Shown here piece by piece: positions 12,413 through 25,953 of a DNA stretch of 64,000 bases. Under the pieces are notes generated by a model. The model saw only the letters and a program-made list of their open reading frames with translations, did no database searches and had not been told where the DNA came from. Made by a program: the position numbers and the translations under genes. The DNA is from Octopus vulgaris (Eukaryota). Numbering within the stretch: position 1 is the stretch's first letter; the number at the start of each line of letters is the position of its first letter. Location: assembly GCA_951406725.2 (NCBI GenBank), contig OX597831.1:4650001-4714000 (forward strand), given 5' to 3'.

Positions 12413-12666
12413 AATATTCATAATCTCAGTCGGTCAGGAATGGAATCCAGTGGGAAAGTGTGAGGAGATTTCCTTCTGACAAGACGCTTTGGACATCAGA
12501 TCCTACGACCCCTCCCCCTTAAATAAAGGGCAGAGAAGATGAATGGATGATTGAAAAACAAATTAAAATAAGGCACAATTAAAAAAAATGAAAGACTACT
12601 AAGAAGAGCTACACAAATAATGGATATTCTACAATATTTATGAAAAAATTCAGTATATATGTGTGC

Positions 12667-12709
<43 letters not shown>

Positions 12710-12717
12710 TAATACAT

Positions 12718-13133
12718 ATAGCGGCGTGACTGTATTGTGAGGAATTTGCTTTTCAACTACATGGTTCCAGGTTCAGTCCTTCTGCGTGGCACCCTGGACA
12801 AATGTCTTCTACTGTAGCCTCTGGCCAACCAAAGACTTGTGACTGGATATGGTAAACGGAAACTAAAAGATGCTCGTCGCATACACAAACATATGTATGT
12901 ATGTATGCATGTGTGTGTCTTTGTGTCTTTCTCCTCCCCCCCCCCCAACATCACTGCTTGACCAACGGTGCTGGTGTGTTTCAGTGACCGTAACATAGAA
13001 GTTCGTTAAAAGGGGGCGCTAGAATAAGTACCGCTTTTTAAAAAGGTAAAAGAATATTGGCGGTCGATTCATTTGAGGCGGTGCCACAGCATGGCCGCAG
13101 TCTAGTGAGTGAATCAAGTAAAAGCTAAAAGAT
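12718..13133 (+). mobile_element. SINE family A (tRNA-derived), diverged
   Basis: catggttccaggttcagtcc...cggaaactaaaaga...catggccgcagtc...aagtaaaag matches the 20127 copy. Confidence 0.85.
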
Positions 13134-13285
13134 AAACGAATATGTGTGTGAGTGAGTGTGTTTATGCGTATATGAATAAATTATATAGAAACATATATAT
13201 ACTTATACATGCATATATATCTATATGTGTTATAAATACGTAGATGCATAAATAAATACACACATTTATATCTGTTATATATATG

Positions 13286-13316
<31 letters not shown>

Positions 13317-13331
13317 GTATATATATGTATT

Positions 13332-13401
<70 letters not shown>

Positions 13402-13669
13402 TAAGTCTGTATGTATATGTATTTATATAGATATGTATATATATATATGTATATAAATATATATATATACATATGTATATATATGCATATATATATATAT
13501 ATATTTCCCATCACATAACATACATCCTCATAATGTATATATATATATGCGTATATATTAATTTACGCATATACATATACATATAAATATATATAAATAT
13601 ATATTTATGCATATATATGTATTTATATTTATATCTATATCTATGTCTATCTGTCTATCTATCTATCTA

Positions 13670-13772
<103 letters not shown>

Positions 13773-14478
13773 CACATATATATATATATCAATTTCGATA
13801 TGCATACATATACGTGTATTAATCTATATTACTATATAAATACATATATACATACATACATATATATGTATGTTTGTATGTATTTATGTATGTATATATT
13901 CCCATTATCCAGTCAAACAATGAGTCACAGCACAATTGCTCAGTGAAAACTCACAGACACCCCAATCCTCCTCTATCCATCTCGAAGAAAAAAAAAGAAG
14001 AAAAGGGAGACATACTTGATACAATGTAGTCCACTCTGTATTCTCAGTAAACGACAGGTTTGTCACGGATGGAATATAATTCATTATTAATAAGCCAGCT
14101 GACGATGGTTTGAATTGAGGGCAAGACAACATCAAATGCAATCACTAAGTGTCTTTAATACTTACGTCTAATACCACCATTTTGAATCGTTCACAAACAC
14201 ATCTTCCTCGTCTATAGAGAAATCTATACTTTCTAAAAGTGTCATTAGTTATACACGTAAATCTTTAAATCTACAAATAAGCAGTCTTCTCTTTAGCTAG
14301 AATAAACATGGGTTTTCCTATAATTATAAATCCTATCTTAGGGACCGTTTCCCCTCTCGCATCTATCCCGACCCAACTACTAAAGATAAGATCCTAATGA
14401 TATTCAATGAGGAAGCATATTAAACCATATATGATTGCGGCATCCTGGTGGCTACAGAACGCAGGAATGACTATAGGC

Positions 14479-14554
<76 letters not shown>

Positions 14555-14829
14555 GTATGTAGGTTCATATGTGCGCGCATGGCAATGTAATGAAATTGTT
14601 TGTGGAGATAATGGAAATAAACATTACATTTGTAAAAATGGTATAATCATTTCTAGATCACCATCTGATATTAAACAGCGCCATCGCTGCAGCCACGATG
14701 AAATGGAATACATGCGATTTCTGCAATTGTGCATTTACAGTGCAAGATATGCAAGTTCATACACTTGCATGCACACATGTGCGCACGTACTCATACACAC
14801 ACACACACACTCATATGTATGCATGCATG

Positions 14830-14872
<43 letters not shown>

Positions 14873-14946
14873 GTATTATATATATATATTCACACACATA
14901 TATATATAGACACAGAAATATTATGCAATATAATTATTATATGTAG

Positions 14947-14989
<43 letters not shown>

Positions 14990-15428
14990 ATATTTACATA
15001 CATATATATACACATATATATATGTACCTATATATATATATGTATATATATATATATAATATATACAATATATATATACATATATATATGTATATATATA
15101 TGTAATTATGTATATATACTTATGTATGCATATATATATATATATGTATATACACATACATATTTGTATATATATATGTGTGTGTATGTAATTATGTATA
15201 TATACGTATGTAGCTGTACGTATATGTCTGTGTGGTGTGTGTGTGGTGTGTGTGCGCGTATGATATTATATACATACTTACAAAGAGATTTATATGCATA
15301 TGTACAGCTAAACGCATCTATATTTTACAATAGGTGTATATTTATCAGCATTGGCCTCCTCACTTACAATATATCTCTATAATAGATGGTTGAATTATAT
15401 GTATATCTACATGTTTATATATATATAT

Positions 15429-15480
<52 letters not shown>

Positions 15481-15493
15481 ATATATATGGATC

Positions 15494-15528
<35 letters not shown>

Positions 15529-15859
15529 ACACATATATGTCAATATGTTTATATATATGTTTATATATATATATATATATATATCAATCTACATATGTAA
15601 GTTTTGGGATGAATATATGCAATTATATGCACTGATATACATACGTAGATAAATGTATAGCCAAAACGTAGCAACCATATTTACAATTGGAGTTCTTTAT
15701 CAGCAGCACCCTCGCTCTTCCACACCACATCTCTTAAACAGATGCCTCAATTATATATATCAATGCAGACATACAATGCGTATAACTGCGACTCGTATGT
15801 ACATTATTTGTGACACTGCGTTTCTCCTATATTCTTTCTACATCTATTTGTCTTTTAAC

Positions 15860-15890
<31 letters not shown>

Positions 15891-16003
15891 GAAATGTGTA
15901 AATGATATTGTCTAAGTAATTGTCATATGACAGAATGCTATGTCATTAACATTAGATGTAAATTACAAAATTTCTAACATAACAGAATATCTATCTTTCC
16001 ATC

Positions 16004-16109
<106 letters not shown>

Positions 16110-16110
16110 C

Positions 16111-16141
<31 letters not shown>

Positions 16142-16161
16142 GCTGTCTGTGTATGTTTGTT

Positions 16162-16216
<55 letters not shown>

Positions 16217-16905
16217 GAAACAGACTATGTGGTCATGCTTCAACAAGGAAAAAATGCACTCGATCACCTAGGAGAATAAAGATAATCTTTAAAAAAAACC
16301 CACAAATCTTGTAAATTCAGCAACCAAGGGTTTCTACTATTTATGATGACCGTCTGTCAGTTGTCTTTTGAGCAGATATCATTTAAACAAATGAAGATGG
16401 TAAAGAGGTAGACAAGAAGAAAAACTCAAGGGAGATAAACAACGTTACAATAATTCGATACCAAGCAGACGTAAACCAGATGTTAATGGCTTACAAAGTG
16501 TCCGATGATCTACATTTAAATTGCGACAAGATATATTTCTTGAAATGCAAAATACAGGAAAATCTCGTTCCTCGAATTTATGTATTCGCTGGAGATTCTC
16601 AGCTTTTTTAATAAGCACAGTTTTTCAAAAAAATATATTGTTAGGTTGGTGGTAAATGTAGAAAGAAATTTATCAAGTGGAAGTTATAATATAAAAATAT
16701 AACGATTCGGAGATAGTCCTTTATCGGATATACAAAGTCCAAAGAAGAGAAGAGCGGAGGGAAAGGGATAAAAAAGAAGAGACAGAAGAAAAAACGCACG
16801 TCTGTGACTCACAAGTTCGATTTCCCCCTCTCACTACCCCTCTCATATGTGTGTGCCAGTAACTGAGCGTATAATATGAATGTATATATATATGTGTGTG
16901 TGTAC

Positions 16906-16955
<50 letters not shown>

Positions 16956-17305
16956 ATATACATATATATTTGTAATTATATATGGGTGTATGAATGTATA
17001 TATACGTGTGTATATATGTGCATATGTATGAAACTATGCAAGCATGTGTGTATGTGTATGTACATATAAGTGAGTGTACATGTATGTGTGTATGGACGTG
17101 TGTATTCACGAATGTACGGCTGAGAGGATTAATAAAAAGGGGAGAGATCTAAGAATAAAAAATACTTAATACATTTATACAAATTATTACTTTATTATAC
17201 ATGAACATGTAGCTATATATCTAACTGTATTATACATACACGAACGCATAAATATATACACATATATGCATATACCGGCACACATACCTCCCCCACATGC
17301 ATAGA

Positions 17306-17360
<55 letters not shown>

Positions 17361-17586
17361 GTGAATATATGTGTGTATTACATTTGCTATTAAATTTCGC
17401 CGTGTCCCCTAAAAAATCTACAAAAGTCCTTATCCTGTACAAATTGTTCCAAAACAAATCTCGCCCAGAAAAAACACAAGAAAATCATTCGAATAACAAA
17501 GGAAGCGACCAAAGAATTTATGGGGACGGTGATAATAACAAAGCAAGTATGTTTGAATAAAGGAGATATCGTTATGCACACACACA

Positions 17587-17629
<43 letters not shown>

Positions 17630-18037
17630 GCATATGTATGTTACATATATGTGTATATACACATAGAGAGAGAGAGAGGGGGTAGGGGATTTATATAGGC
17701 ATATATATAAATATAACATGTCCCATTGAAATCCAATTATCATCTATATATCCTTTGAATCATAAATCAGGAGCTAACTGCAGATGTGTACACAAGTGCA
17801 AATAAATGCCTGTGCGACGTGTGCGTGAGTGTGTGTTGGTTAACTGGCGTGTTTCTTTACAGGAACATAACCATATGTAAGAAAGGATCATGATAGCCTG
17901 ATAAGAATCCATCAGTTAAATCTTGTAAATATATATATATACACCACAGACATAGTCACATATGATTATACACACCGGTACACAAGCATGCACACAGACA
18001 CACACACGCGCGCACGTATATATATGTATGTTATATG

Positions 18038-18099
<62 letters not shown>

Positions 18100-18303
18100 C
18101 GTGTATGTGTGTATATATTATTATCATTATTATTATTATCATTATTATTATTACTATTATTATTATTAAAACTGCAGAAATATCACAAAAATATCACAAA
18201 AATTGAGAATGGAACAAAATATTAAGGTTATGTATATATTTGAAATCGCTTTCATTTCAATGGTCCTTCAACCTTGTTTCACATTTATGTGCTTACTGTG
18301 TTT

Positions 18304-18349
<46 letters not shown>

Positions 18350-18353
<4 letters not shown>

Positions 18354-18571
18354 GGGTCAAAAGTCACCTGACAGTAAATCAAGACCATTTAATTCCAAGA
18401 TTCATTTATGATTAACAACTGAATGAATTTAATAAAAGCATCTAAATATGAAGCATTATGAAAATTATTCACACTGAAGTCGTTTTTGAGAGACACATTT
18501 TTCCATTCGAGTCAATACAGAATTATAGATAGTCTTATATACTGTCGGCTGACTTTTGGTCAAACCCTGTA
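18350..18571. mobile_element. Tc1/mariner-type MITE
   Basis: Imperfect TIRs agggtcaaaagtcacctgacagta / tactgtcggctgacttttggtcaaaccctg, inserted at TA within (TA)n; ~220 bp, non-coding. Confidence 0.7.
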
Positions 18572-18595
18572 TATATATACTCTCTCTCTCTCTCA

Positions 18596-18966
18596 TTTAC
18601 TCTTTTACTTGTTTCAGTCATTTGACTGCGGCCATGCTGGAGCACTGCCTTTAATCGAGCAACTCGACCCCGGGACTTATTCTTTTGTAAGCCCAGTACT
18701 TATTCTATCGGTCTTTTTGTCGAACCGCTAAGTAACGGGGACATAAACACACCAGCATCGGTTGTCAAGCGATGCTAGGGGGACAAACACAGACACACAA
18801 ACACACACACGCATATATATATATATATATATACATATATACGACGGGCTTCTTTCAGTTTCCGTCTACCAAATCCACTCACAAGGCTTTGGTCGGCCCG
18901 GGGCTATAGTAGAAGACACTTGCCCAAGGTGCCACGCAGTGGGACTGAACCCGGAACCATGTGGTT
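18596..18966 (-). mobile_element. SINE family A, head-truncated
   Basis: Reverse complement of the 20127-20538 copy, with internal TA/CA microsatellite. Confidence 0.9.
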
Positions 18967-18989
18967 GTGTATATATATATATATATATA

Positions 18990-19394
18990 TATTATATTAA
19001 ATTAGAGACAAAACCACTATTAGGCAAATCAAATAATGAAAAACTTAAACCAATACATAAGATTATCTTGGCGAGGTTTAAACAATGAATCCTTGTTTAA
19101 ACCTCGCCAAGATTAATATTTAAACCACCTGATGAATGACTGCGACTCAAAAATTTGAAGAAGTTAGCAGGCATGAAACGATCGTAGTGTGATATTAATT
19201 ATATTTTTTTAATAATTTTGTTATATATTTAAATAATATAAATTAAATAATCTTATGTATTGGTTTAAGTTTTTCATTGTTTGATTTGCCTAATAGTGGT
19301 TTTGTCTCTAATTTAATATAATATTTTACTATAAAATTGGATTCAATCCTAAATCTGATTTTTCCCTGTAAGTTTGGATTTATTCCCTAATATT

Positions 19395-19400
<6 letters not shown>
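18990..19400 (+). mobile_element. Fold-back hammerhead element flanked by (TA)n
   Basis: 18990-19066 is the inverse of ~19247-19323; hairpin 19065-19113; hammerhead at 19126-19189. Confidence 0.75.
19126..19189 (+). ncRNA. Minimal type-I hammerhead ribozyme with canonical core
   Basis: cac-CTGATGA-atgactgc...gcaggcat-GAAA-cgatcg-TA-gtg; palindromic stem III, GUA triplet. Confidence 0.75.
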
Positions 19401-19466
<66 letters not shown>

Positions 19467-19754
19467 TCAATTATTAATTATAATAATTATACTAAAGGAT
19501 AAAATCAATAATGTGGCCAGTGCAGAGATAAAAACCGCATAGGTAACTTTTACAAAATGTTTTGTGATTATATACATAATTATAAGAAGGGATCAGCTTT
19601 ACGCCTCACCACAGAGATTTTAAGGTGGCAATTAGGGACTTTAGCGTCTATTTCTTGCAATGCGTTGTGGGGCGTTCAGTTGGCCCTTGTTATAATTATA
19701 AAATATTTTATATATAAACACACACACGCACACACACACACACGCACGCGCGCA

Positions 19755-19797
<43 letters not shown>

Positions 19798-20126
19798 GTA
19801 TGTATATGTAGGTGTGATGGCCGTTCCTGTTCAGAGTAACGCAAGAGCGGTTATTAGCAAACTTTATTGATTTGACACCCACACAATGAATGTTTTATTG
19901 GAAATTGTACCGAAACTACCATTTATCCCCAGTCTCACATCCTAGCTTTCTACCCCGGATAGGAGCACTACTCTTTGCCACGGAGCAGACACAAAAAAGA
20001 GACATACTACAGCAGTGCTTCTCAACTGGGGTACATATGACTCTGTAGGCGGTGGCGACGTGGGGTGCATATAAAATTTTGTTGTAAAAACTTTTTTCTG
20101 CAATAAATAATTTTTACTTCTAGAAT

Positions 20127-20538
20127 GGCGCAGGAGTGGCTGTGTGGTAAGTAGCTTGCTAACCAACCACATGGTTCCGGGTTCAGTCCCACTGCGTGGC
20201 ATCTTGGGCAAGTGTCTTCTACTATAGCCCCGGGCTGACCAATGCCTTGTGAGTGGATTTGGTAGACGGAAACTGAAAGAAGTCTGTCGTATATATGTAT
20301 ATATATATGTATGTATGCATGTATGTATGTATGTGTTTGTGTGTCTGTGTTTGTCCCCCTAGCATTGCTTGACAACCGATGCTGATGTGTTTACGTCCCT
20401 GTCACTTAGCGGTTCGGCAAAAGAGACCGATAGAATAAGTACTGGGCTTACAAAGAATAAGTCCCGGGGTCGATTTGATGGACTAAAGGCGGTGCTCCAG
20501 CATGGCCGCAGTCAAATGACTGAAACAAGTAAAAGAGA
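20127..20538 (+). mobile_element. SINE family A, full length
   Basis: tRNA-like head (gtggctgtgtggtaag A-box, ggttcagtccc B-box), internal TA/TG tract, tail gccgcagtcaaatgactgaaacaagtaaaagag. Confidence 0.92.
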
Positions 20539-20687
20539 ATACACAATATATTTTAACAATTTTTTTTAATACAATTCCTATTATTAAATTATAAAAGTTT
20601 GATAGGATTTTTTTTAAAGCATCGAATGGCTATGAGGTGTCACCGGAGTAAAAAAATTAATCAAAAGGATCCCTTGGGTAAAAATGT

Positions 20688-20950
20688 AGAGGCACGTGCC
20701 TTAGTGGTTAGGGTGTTGAATTACTGACCGTAAGATTGTGATTTCGTTTCTTGGACCGGGCAATGCATTGTGTTCTTGAGCAAAACACTTAATTTCACCT
20801 TTCTTTATTCCACTCAGCTGCCAAAAGTGAGTAATCCTGCGAGAGACTGGCGTCCCATCCAGGTGGGGAATTTATACGCCATGAAAACCTGGGAAACCGG
20901 CCCTTATGAGTCGGTATGGCTAGAGAAAGTAACTTTACCTTCTTTACCTT
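20688..20950 (+). mobile_element. SINE family C (tRNA head, CORE/Meta-like body)
   Basis: tagtggttagg A-box, ttgtgttcttgagcaaaacact, gactggcgtcccatccagg; (ttacct) tail; reverse copy at 46920-47172. Confidence 0.75.
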
Positions 20951-21065
20951 TATAGGTAAGAAAAATGGCTGAGAAACGCTTCTGTAGGGAACGGTTAGGC
21001 TGTAAACCTTAATCGTGTTGGTTTTTTTAACGTTAAATGTTGTTTTGCTGTTATTATATATTAGG

Positions 21066-21495
21066 TTTAGCACGCAGGACGAAATGCTTAGAGGTATTTC
21101 GTCTGCCGCTACGTTCTGAGTTCAAATTCTGCCGAGGTCGACTTTGCCTTTCATCCTTTCGGGGTCGATTAAATAAGTACCAGTTACGCACTGGGGTCGA
21201 TGTAATCAGCTCGTCCCCTCACCCCAAATTTCAGGCCATATGCCTAGAATAGAAAGGATTATATATTAAGTTCTAAGGTTGCAAGTTGAGATTATCTTCA
21301 ATGCGTCGGACAATATGTTTAGCGCCATTTACTCCGGCTCTTTACTCTTTGTGTTGAAATCCTACCGAAATCGCTTTTAACTTTCCTCCTTTCCGAGTCG
21401 ATAAAATTAGTACCAGTTGAGCAGTGGGAGTGATGTAATCGGCTTCCTTCTCCATTTTAAGTTGCTGGCCTAGTGCAGAATTTGGAAACTGTTAT
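21066..21495 (+). mobile_element. Two SINE family B copies (21066-21260; diverged 21295-21495)
   Basis: gcctttcatcctttcggggtcgat core and tagaaaggatt tail. Confidence 0.8.
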
Positions 21496-21700
21496 AACAG
21501 CATTGGAGGTCTCAGTCGATTCCAGTAAATAAATTAACGTACAAATGGCAGAATATCCTGCAGACACTAAGTCCGACACTAAATTAGGGTCACATCGTAT
21601 GTCAAGGGTTTGGTCCTTCGAGCGCTACAGGAAGGAACAAAGGAGAGATGTGGGAAGACTCGATTCAAGCCCAGCCATAACTGAAGCGGTATTATATTGA

Positions 21701-22118
21701 AAGGCGGCGAGCTGGCAGAAATGTTAGCACGCCGGGCGAAATGCTTAGCGGTATTTCGTCTGCCGTTACGTTCTGAGTTCAAATTCCGCCGAGGTCGACT
21801 TTGCCTTTCATCCTTTCGGGGTCGATAAATTAAGTACCAGTTACGTACTGGGGTCGATATAATCGACTTAATACCTATGTCTGTCCTTGTTTGTCCCCTC
21901 TGTGTTTAGCCCCTTGTGGGTAATAAAGAAATAGGTATTTCGTCTGCCGTTACGTTCTAAGTTCAAATTCCGCCGAGGTCGACTTTGCCTTTCATCCTTT
22001 CGGGGTCGATTAAATAAGTACAGTTACGCACTGGGGTCGATATGATCGACTTAATACGTTTATCTGTCCTTGTTCGTCCTCTCTGTGTTTAGCCCCTTGT
22101 GGGTAGTAAAGAAATAGG
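21701..22118 (+). mobile_element. SINE family B dimeric copy with TSD
   Basis: Core repeated, with restart at ggtatttcgtctgccg (~21934); TSD tattatattga at 21690-21700 and 22119-22129. Confidence 0.9.
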
Positions 22119-22528
22119 TATTATATTGACTGGGCTGGATTTGAACTCCGAGTGCAAAAACCCAAACCTAATGACCACCCCTACACATATTCACCGTCTT
22201 TACATCATTCTGTGGATGATACAGGCTGGACAGAAACTTTGCAATGATTTTCCTGAAGTTTCGTTACAAGTCGTTAATAAATAATTAATCGTTTTAATTT
22301 CTCCCAATTATACATTAAATCGATTCCAAATGTGTATTGATTATGAAAGGTGGGGTGCAATTTGGACAGTTTGATCGAATTAAATTACAATTAACTAATG
22401 TTATTAGAAAGTTATTGATTTTTATACATTGATATCGTATTAATGATACAAATTGAGTTAATAATGTAACTTTTATTATGGTCATTATAAATATATATAT
22501 GTATGTGTGCGTATATATATATATATAT

Positions 22529-22597
<69 letters not shown>

Positions 22598-22630
22598 TCC
22601 ACTCATATATTTGTGTGCATGTATTATTTA

Positions 22631-23130
22631 TAAGTGGAACATTCCAGAAGTTTTGAGATGTTTTTAGGAGAGGCAGTTATGACTGTCCTAGATTATTTTT
22701 ATTATTGTATATCATTACTATGTATCTAATAAGCTGACTTGCCACTTTTTGATATTCCAGAGTGAAGGAGAAGTACTTTAAACTCGCCCTATTAAACATT
22801 GCTAGTCACAGTTCCATTCCGGCATCCAACTATTTGAGAGAAATGCGTACCAAAAGTCTCTCATCCTCGCGACAGTTAAAACTTTGACCCCTGTGATTTT
22901 GCTTGTTCTGCAAACTGAAGAACATAAGGGGTGGACGATTTGATGACATTGAAAAAAAACCGAAGGCTGTGACAAGGGTTTTGGAATCTTTCATTTTGAG
23001 GACATCTATGGGATCTTCAGGAAGTGACTGGAGCGATACGAGTACATCGAAGTGAAAGGAACCGACTTTGACGGAGATTAGACTTTTGCACTTTGAAGAA
23101 ATGCTCAAAACTTCTGGAAGGCACCTAGTA
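22631..23130 (+). mobile_element. Internally deleted mariner element with transposase C-terminal pseudogene
   Basis: TIR core ttccagaagttttgag (22642) / ctcaaaacttctggaa (23104), TA ends; HPRDS*NFDPCDF/CLFCKLKNIRGGRFDDIE resembles the mariner HPPYSPDLAPCDF..LFPKLK motif. Confidence 0.8.
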
Positions 23131-23149
23131 TATATATGACCATGGGATT

Positions 23150-23430
23150 GCACCTAGAAAGTCCGGGCAAGGTTGTTTGCAGAAGGCCAGCAGTCGCCCA
23201 CGCATACCAGCCTCCACTCTACACACCACTGATGTTATCCAAGAGAAAGGCAAAGGGGCCGATACAGCTTGGCACCAGTGATGTCGCAACTCATTTCTAC
23301 AGCTGAGTTAACTGGAACAACGTGAAATATAGTGTCTAGCTCAAGAACACAATAGCCTGGTCCAGGAATCGAATTCACAACCTCACAATCGTAAGCTCGA
23401 CACTCTAACTACTGAGGCATACGCCTTCAT
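23150..23430 (-). mobile_element. tRNA-derived SINE (CORE-like body)
   Basis: Reverse complement has A-box tagttagagtg, B-box gaattcgattcc and tgtgttcttgagc. Confidence 0.7.
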
Positions 23431-23519
23431 GTGTGTGTGTGTGTGTGTGTATATATATGTATCTACATTTATGTACGTGTGTGTGCGTGCGTTTGTGTGT
23501 GTTTGTGTGAGTGTGTGTG

Positions 23520-23820
23520 TGAAGTGATGGACTCCTTCGTCAAACACGACATATAAGCATTCAGCATTTGCCGAACGAACTGCACAAATAATTTGTTTAT
23601 AAATGATCAAATGTTTGTGCCGCACGTTAACTCACTTCCCTCACAGTCAAATCGCTGTTGCCTGAACAGGTGAACAGGTGTGCTAGGCGTCAGGTGATCG
23701 CAAAGCAACATGAGATGTATTGTTTTGCTCAAGAACACAACGAACCACCCGGTCTAGGAATAGAAACCACGGTCTCGAGATGGTAAGTGCAACGCCCTAA
23801 CAACTAGGCAATGCACCCTA
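23520..23820 (-). mobile_element. tRNA-derived SINE, diverged
   Basis: Same tgtgttcttgagcaaaaca body and tRNA-like head on the minus strand. Confidence 0.65.
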
Positions 23821-23849
23821 GCCCCCACCCACGCGCGCGCAATCAGAGA

Positions 23850-24190
23850 TTCTTTTATTCTTTTACTTGTTTCAGTCATTTCGCTGCGGCCATGATGGAG
23901 CACCGCCTTTAGACGAAAAGATCGACTACATGGACTTATTTTTGTAAGCATAGTACTTATTCTATCGGGTCGCTTTCCCCGAACCGCTAAGTTACGGGGA
24001 CGTAAAACATTGGGGACAAAACAAATACATACATGTACATATATATATATATATATGGGCTTTTTTCAGTTTCCATCTACCAAATACGCTCCCAAGGATT
24101 TGGTCGGCCCCAGTGACAGTAATAGAGGACACTTACACAAGGTACAACGTGGTTGGGAAGGAAGCTGCTCACCACACGGCCACTCTTCCG
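23850..24190 (-). mobile_element. SINE family A, diverged
   Basis: ttttacttgtttcagtcatt...ctgcggccatg tail; remainder similar to the 20127 copy. Confidence 0.8.
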
Positions 24191-24207
24191 CTTAGCCATT
24201 TCTGCGC

Positions 24208-24320
<113 letters not shown>

Positions 24321-24472
24321 ATATATATGTGCGTGTGTGTGCGTATATATATGTACATATATATACAGAGAGAGAGAGAGAGAGGAAGAGAGAGAAAGAG
24401 ATACATATATATGCATACATACATATGTATATATAAATATATATGTATATACATACATACATATATATATAA

Positions 24473-24521
<49 letters not shown>

Positions 24522-24551
24522 TATACAGAGACTTAGTAATTTTAATATTTC

Positions 24552-24586
<35 letters not shown>

Positions 24587-24681
24587 TAGATAGATAGATA
24601 GAAAAATAGATAGATAGATAGATAGATAGATAGGTAGGTAGGTAGGTAGGTAGGTAGGTAGGTAGATAGATAGATAGATAA

Positions 24682-24715
<34 letters not shown>

Positions 24716-24716
<1 letters not shown>

Positions 24717-25741
24717 TGTTTCTTTATTAGCCACACCGGGCTGCACACAGATAGAACAAATTACAAGGTAGAGCTTTTCTTTTGAAGGGTTAGGAAAAAA
24801 AAAAAAAAAAAAAGGAAGGGGGAGTTTCGATCAAAAGGGATCGTAAAAGGAGAGAAAGAGGACAAAAAAAAGGGGGGTTAAAAAAAGGGGGGAGGAAAAA
24901 AATTGATCAATAGGGATCGTTATCACAGAAATGTCAATATGAAGTGTAAAGGGGAGGACAGGTGAGGTTTACCCGTGGAAAGAAAAGCCTACGGAAAAGA
25001 CCACGGTAACCTCGGTCAATGAAGTCACATTTTATATTTCTTTTTTTTTTTTTTTTTTTTTGCAAATAAGCAACTCTCTGTTTTCGATTTCTGGGTTCAT
25101 AGGACTATGCTCAAGGTGGCTTCGTCATTCATACGTGCCATTCTTGCTACATTCACCCATCTTTTTTTAAAACATTCGCTAGACAAAACTTGCCTCTCTA
25201 CTCTCACTTTCCTTTTCAAGTGGTACTTGAAGAAGTTGATGAGAGATTGACCAGAGAGGAAAGTGTTTGTCTCCAATCCTTTCAGACGCGTCCACCAGAT
25301 ACATTCTTTCGCCATAGCCACAAGGATGATGAAAATAGCTCTTCCTTCCCGTTTGAAGGAAGGAGGCGTGACAATATTGACGATAGACTCAGCTGATAAA
25401 CCGACTCGTCCCACACGTGACAGCAGTTGTTCGACACAAGCCCACAGGTCGGAAATTGTTGGACACTGAACGAGTGCGTGCAGAACGGTTTCGTCGCTCT
25501 GACCGCATCTCGGGCAGGTCGGCCCCGTGTTTCTCGAGCCGTGTCTGTAGAGCTTATCCCGAACGGGTAGCGCTTCTCGGTAGCACTGCCAGGCCAGGGA
25601 TCTCTGGAAGTTGTCCATGGGCCCTGGCCCGAAAGTCGTCCTGAACAGGCGGGTCAGGTACTCCTCGTCGACGTCCAGGTTCGCCCCGAGCTCGTCGTCG
25701 TACCTCCCCTCCACTAAACCCCTATAGAATGCTTTGGTTGT

Positions 25742-25742
<1 letters not shown>
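24716..25742 (-). mobile_element. Young 5'-truncated Tx1/L1-clade non-LTR retrotransposon (ORF2 C-terminal zinc-binding region plus 3' UTR) inside (GATA)n
   Basis: Uninterrupted ~215 codons (25097-25742): LAWQCYREALPVRDKLYRHG..CPRCGQSDETVLHALVQC..W..IWWTR, the typical L1/Tx1 zf-RVT pattern; AATAAA near the 3' end (24723-24728); GATA repeats on both sides. Confidence 0.88.
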
Positions 25743-25776
<34 letters not shown>

Positions 25777-25807
25777 GTGTGTGTGTGTATATATACATAC
25801 ATATATA

Positions 25808-25878
25808 AATGTGACCGCATGTGTACCGTTGGCGATTTTTCTCCTCTGTCTTCCATTCTCTAGATCTTTCCTTCTCTG
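25808..25878 (+). repeat. Fragment of the hammerhead repeat family seen at 51910-52140
   Basis: tgtgaccgcatgtgtaccgttggcgatttttctcctctgtcttcc is the near reverse complement of 52080-52125; cut by a SINE A before the ribozyme. Confidence 0.65.
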
Positions 25879-25900
25879 AAAGAAGCCTGTCGTATATATG

Positions 25901-25953
<53 letters not shown>

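Larger units (their letters stand above)
20013..20981. mobile_element. hAT-like non-autonomous DNA transposon with two nested SINEs
   Basis: Left end cagtgcttctcaac, right end ggctgagaaacgct (degenerate inverse); no clear 8-bp TSD. Confidence 0.5.
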
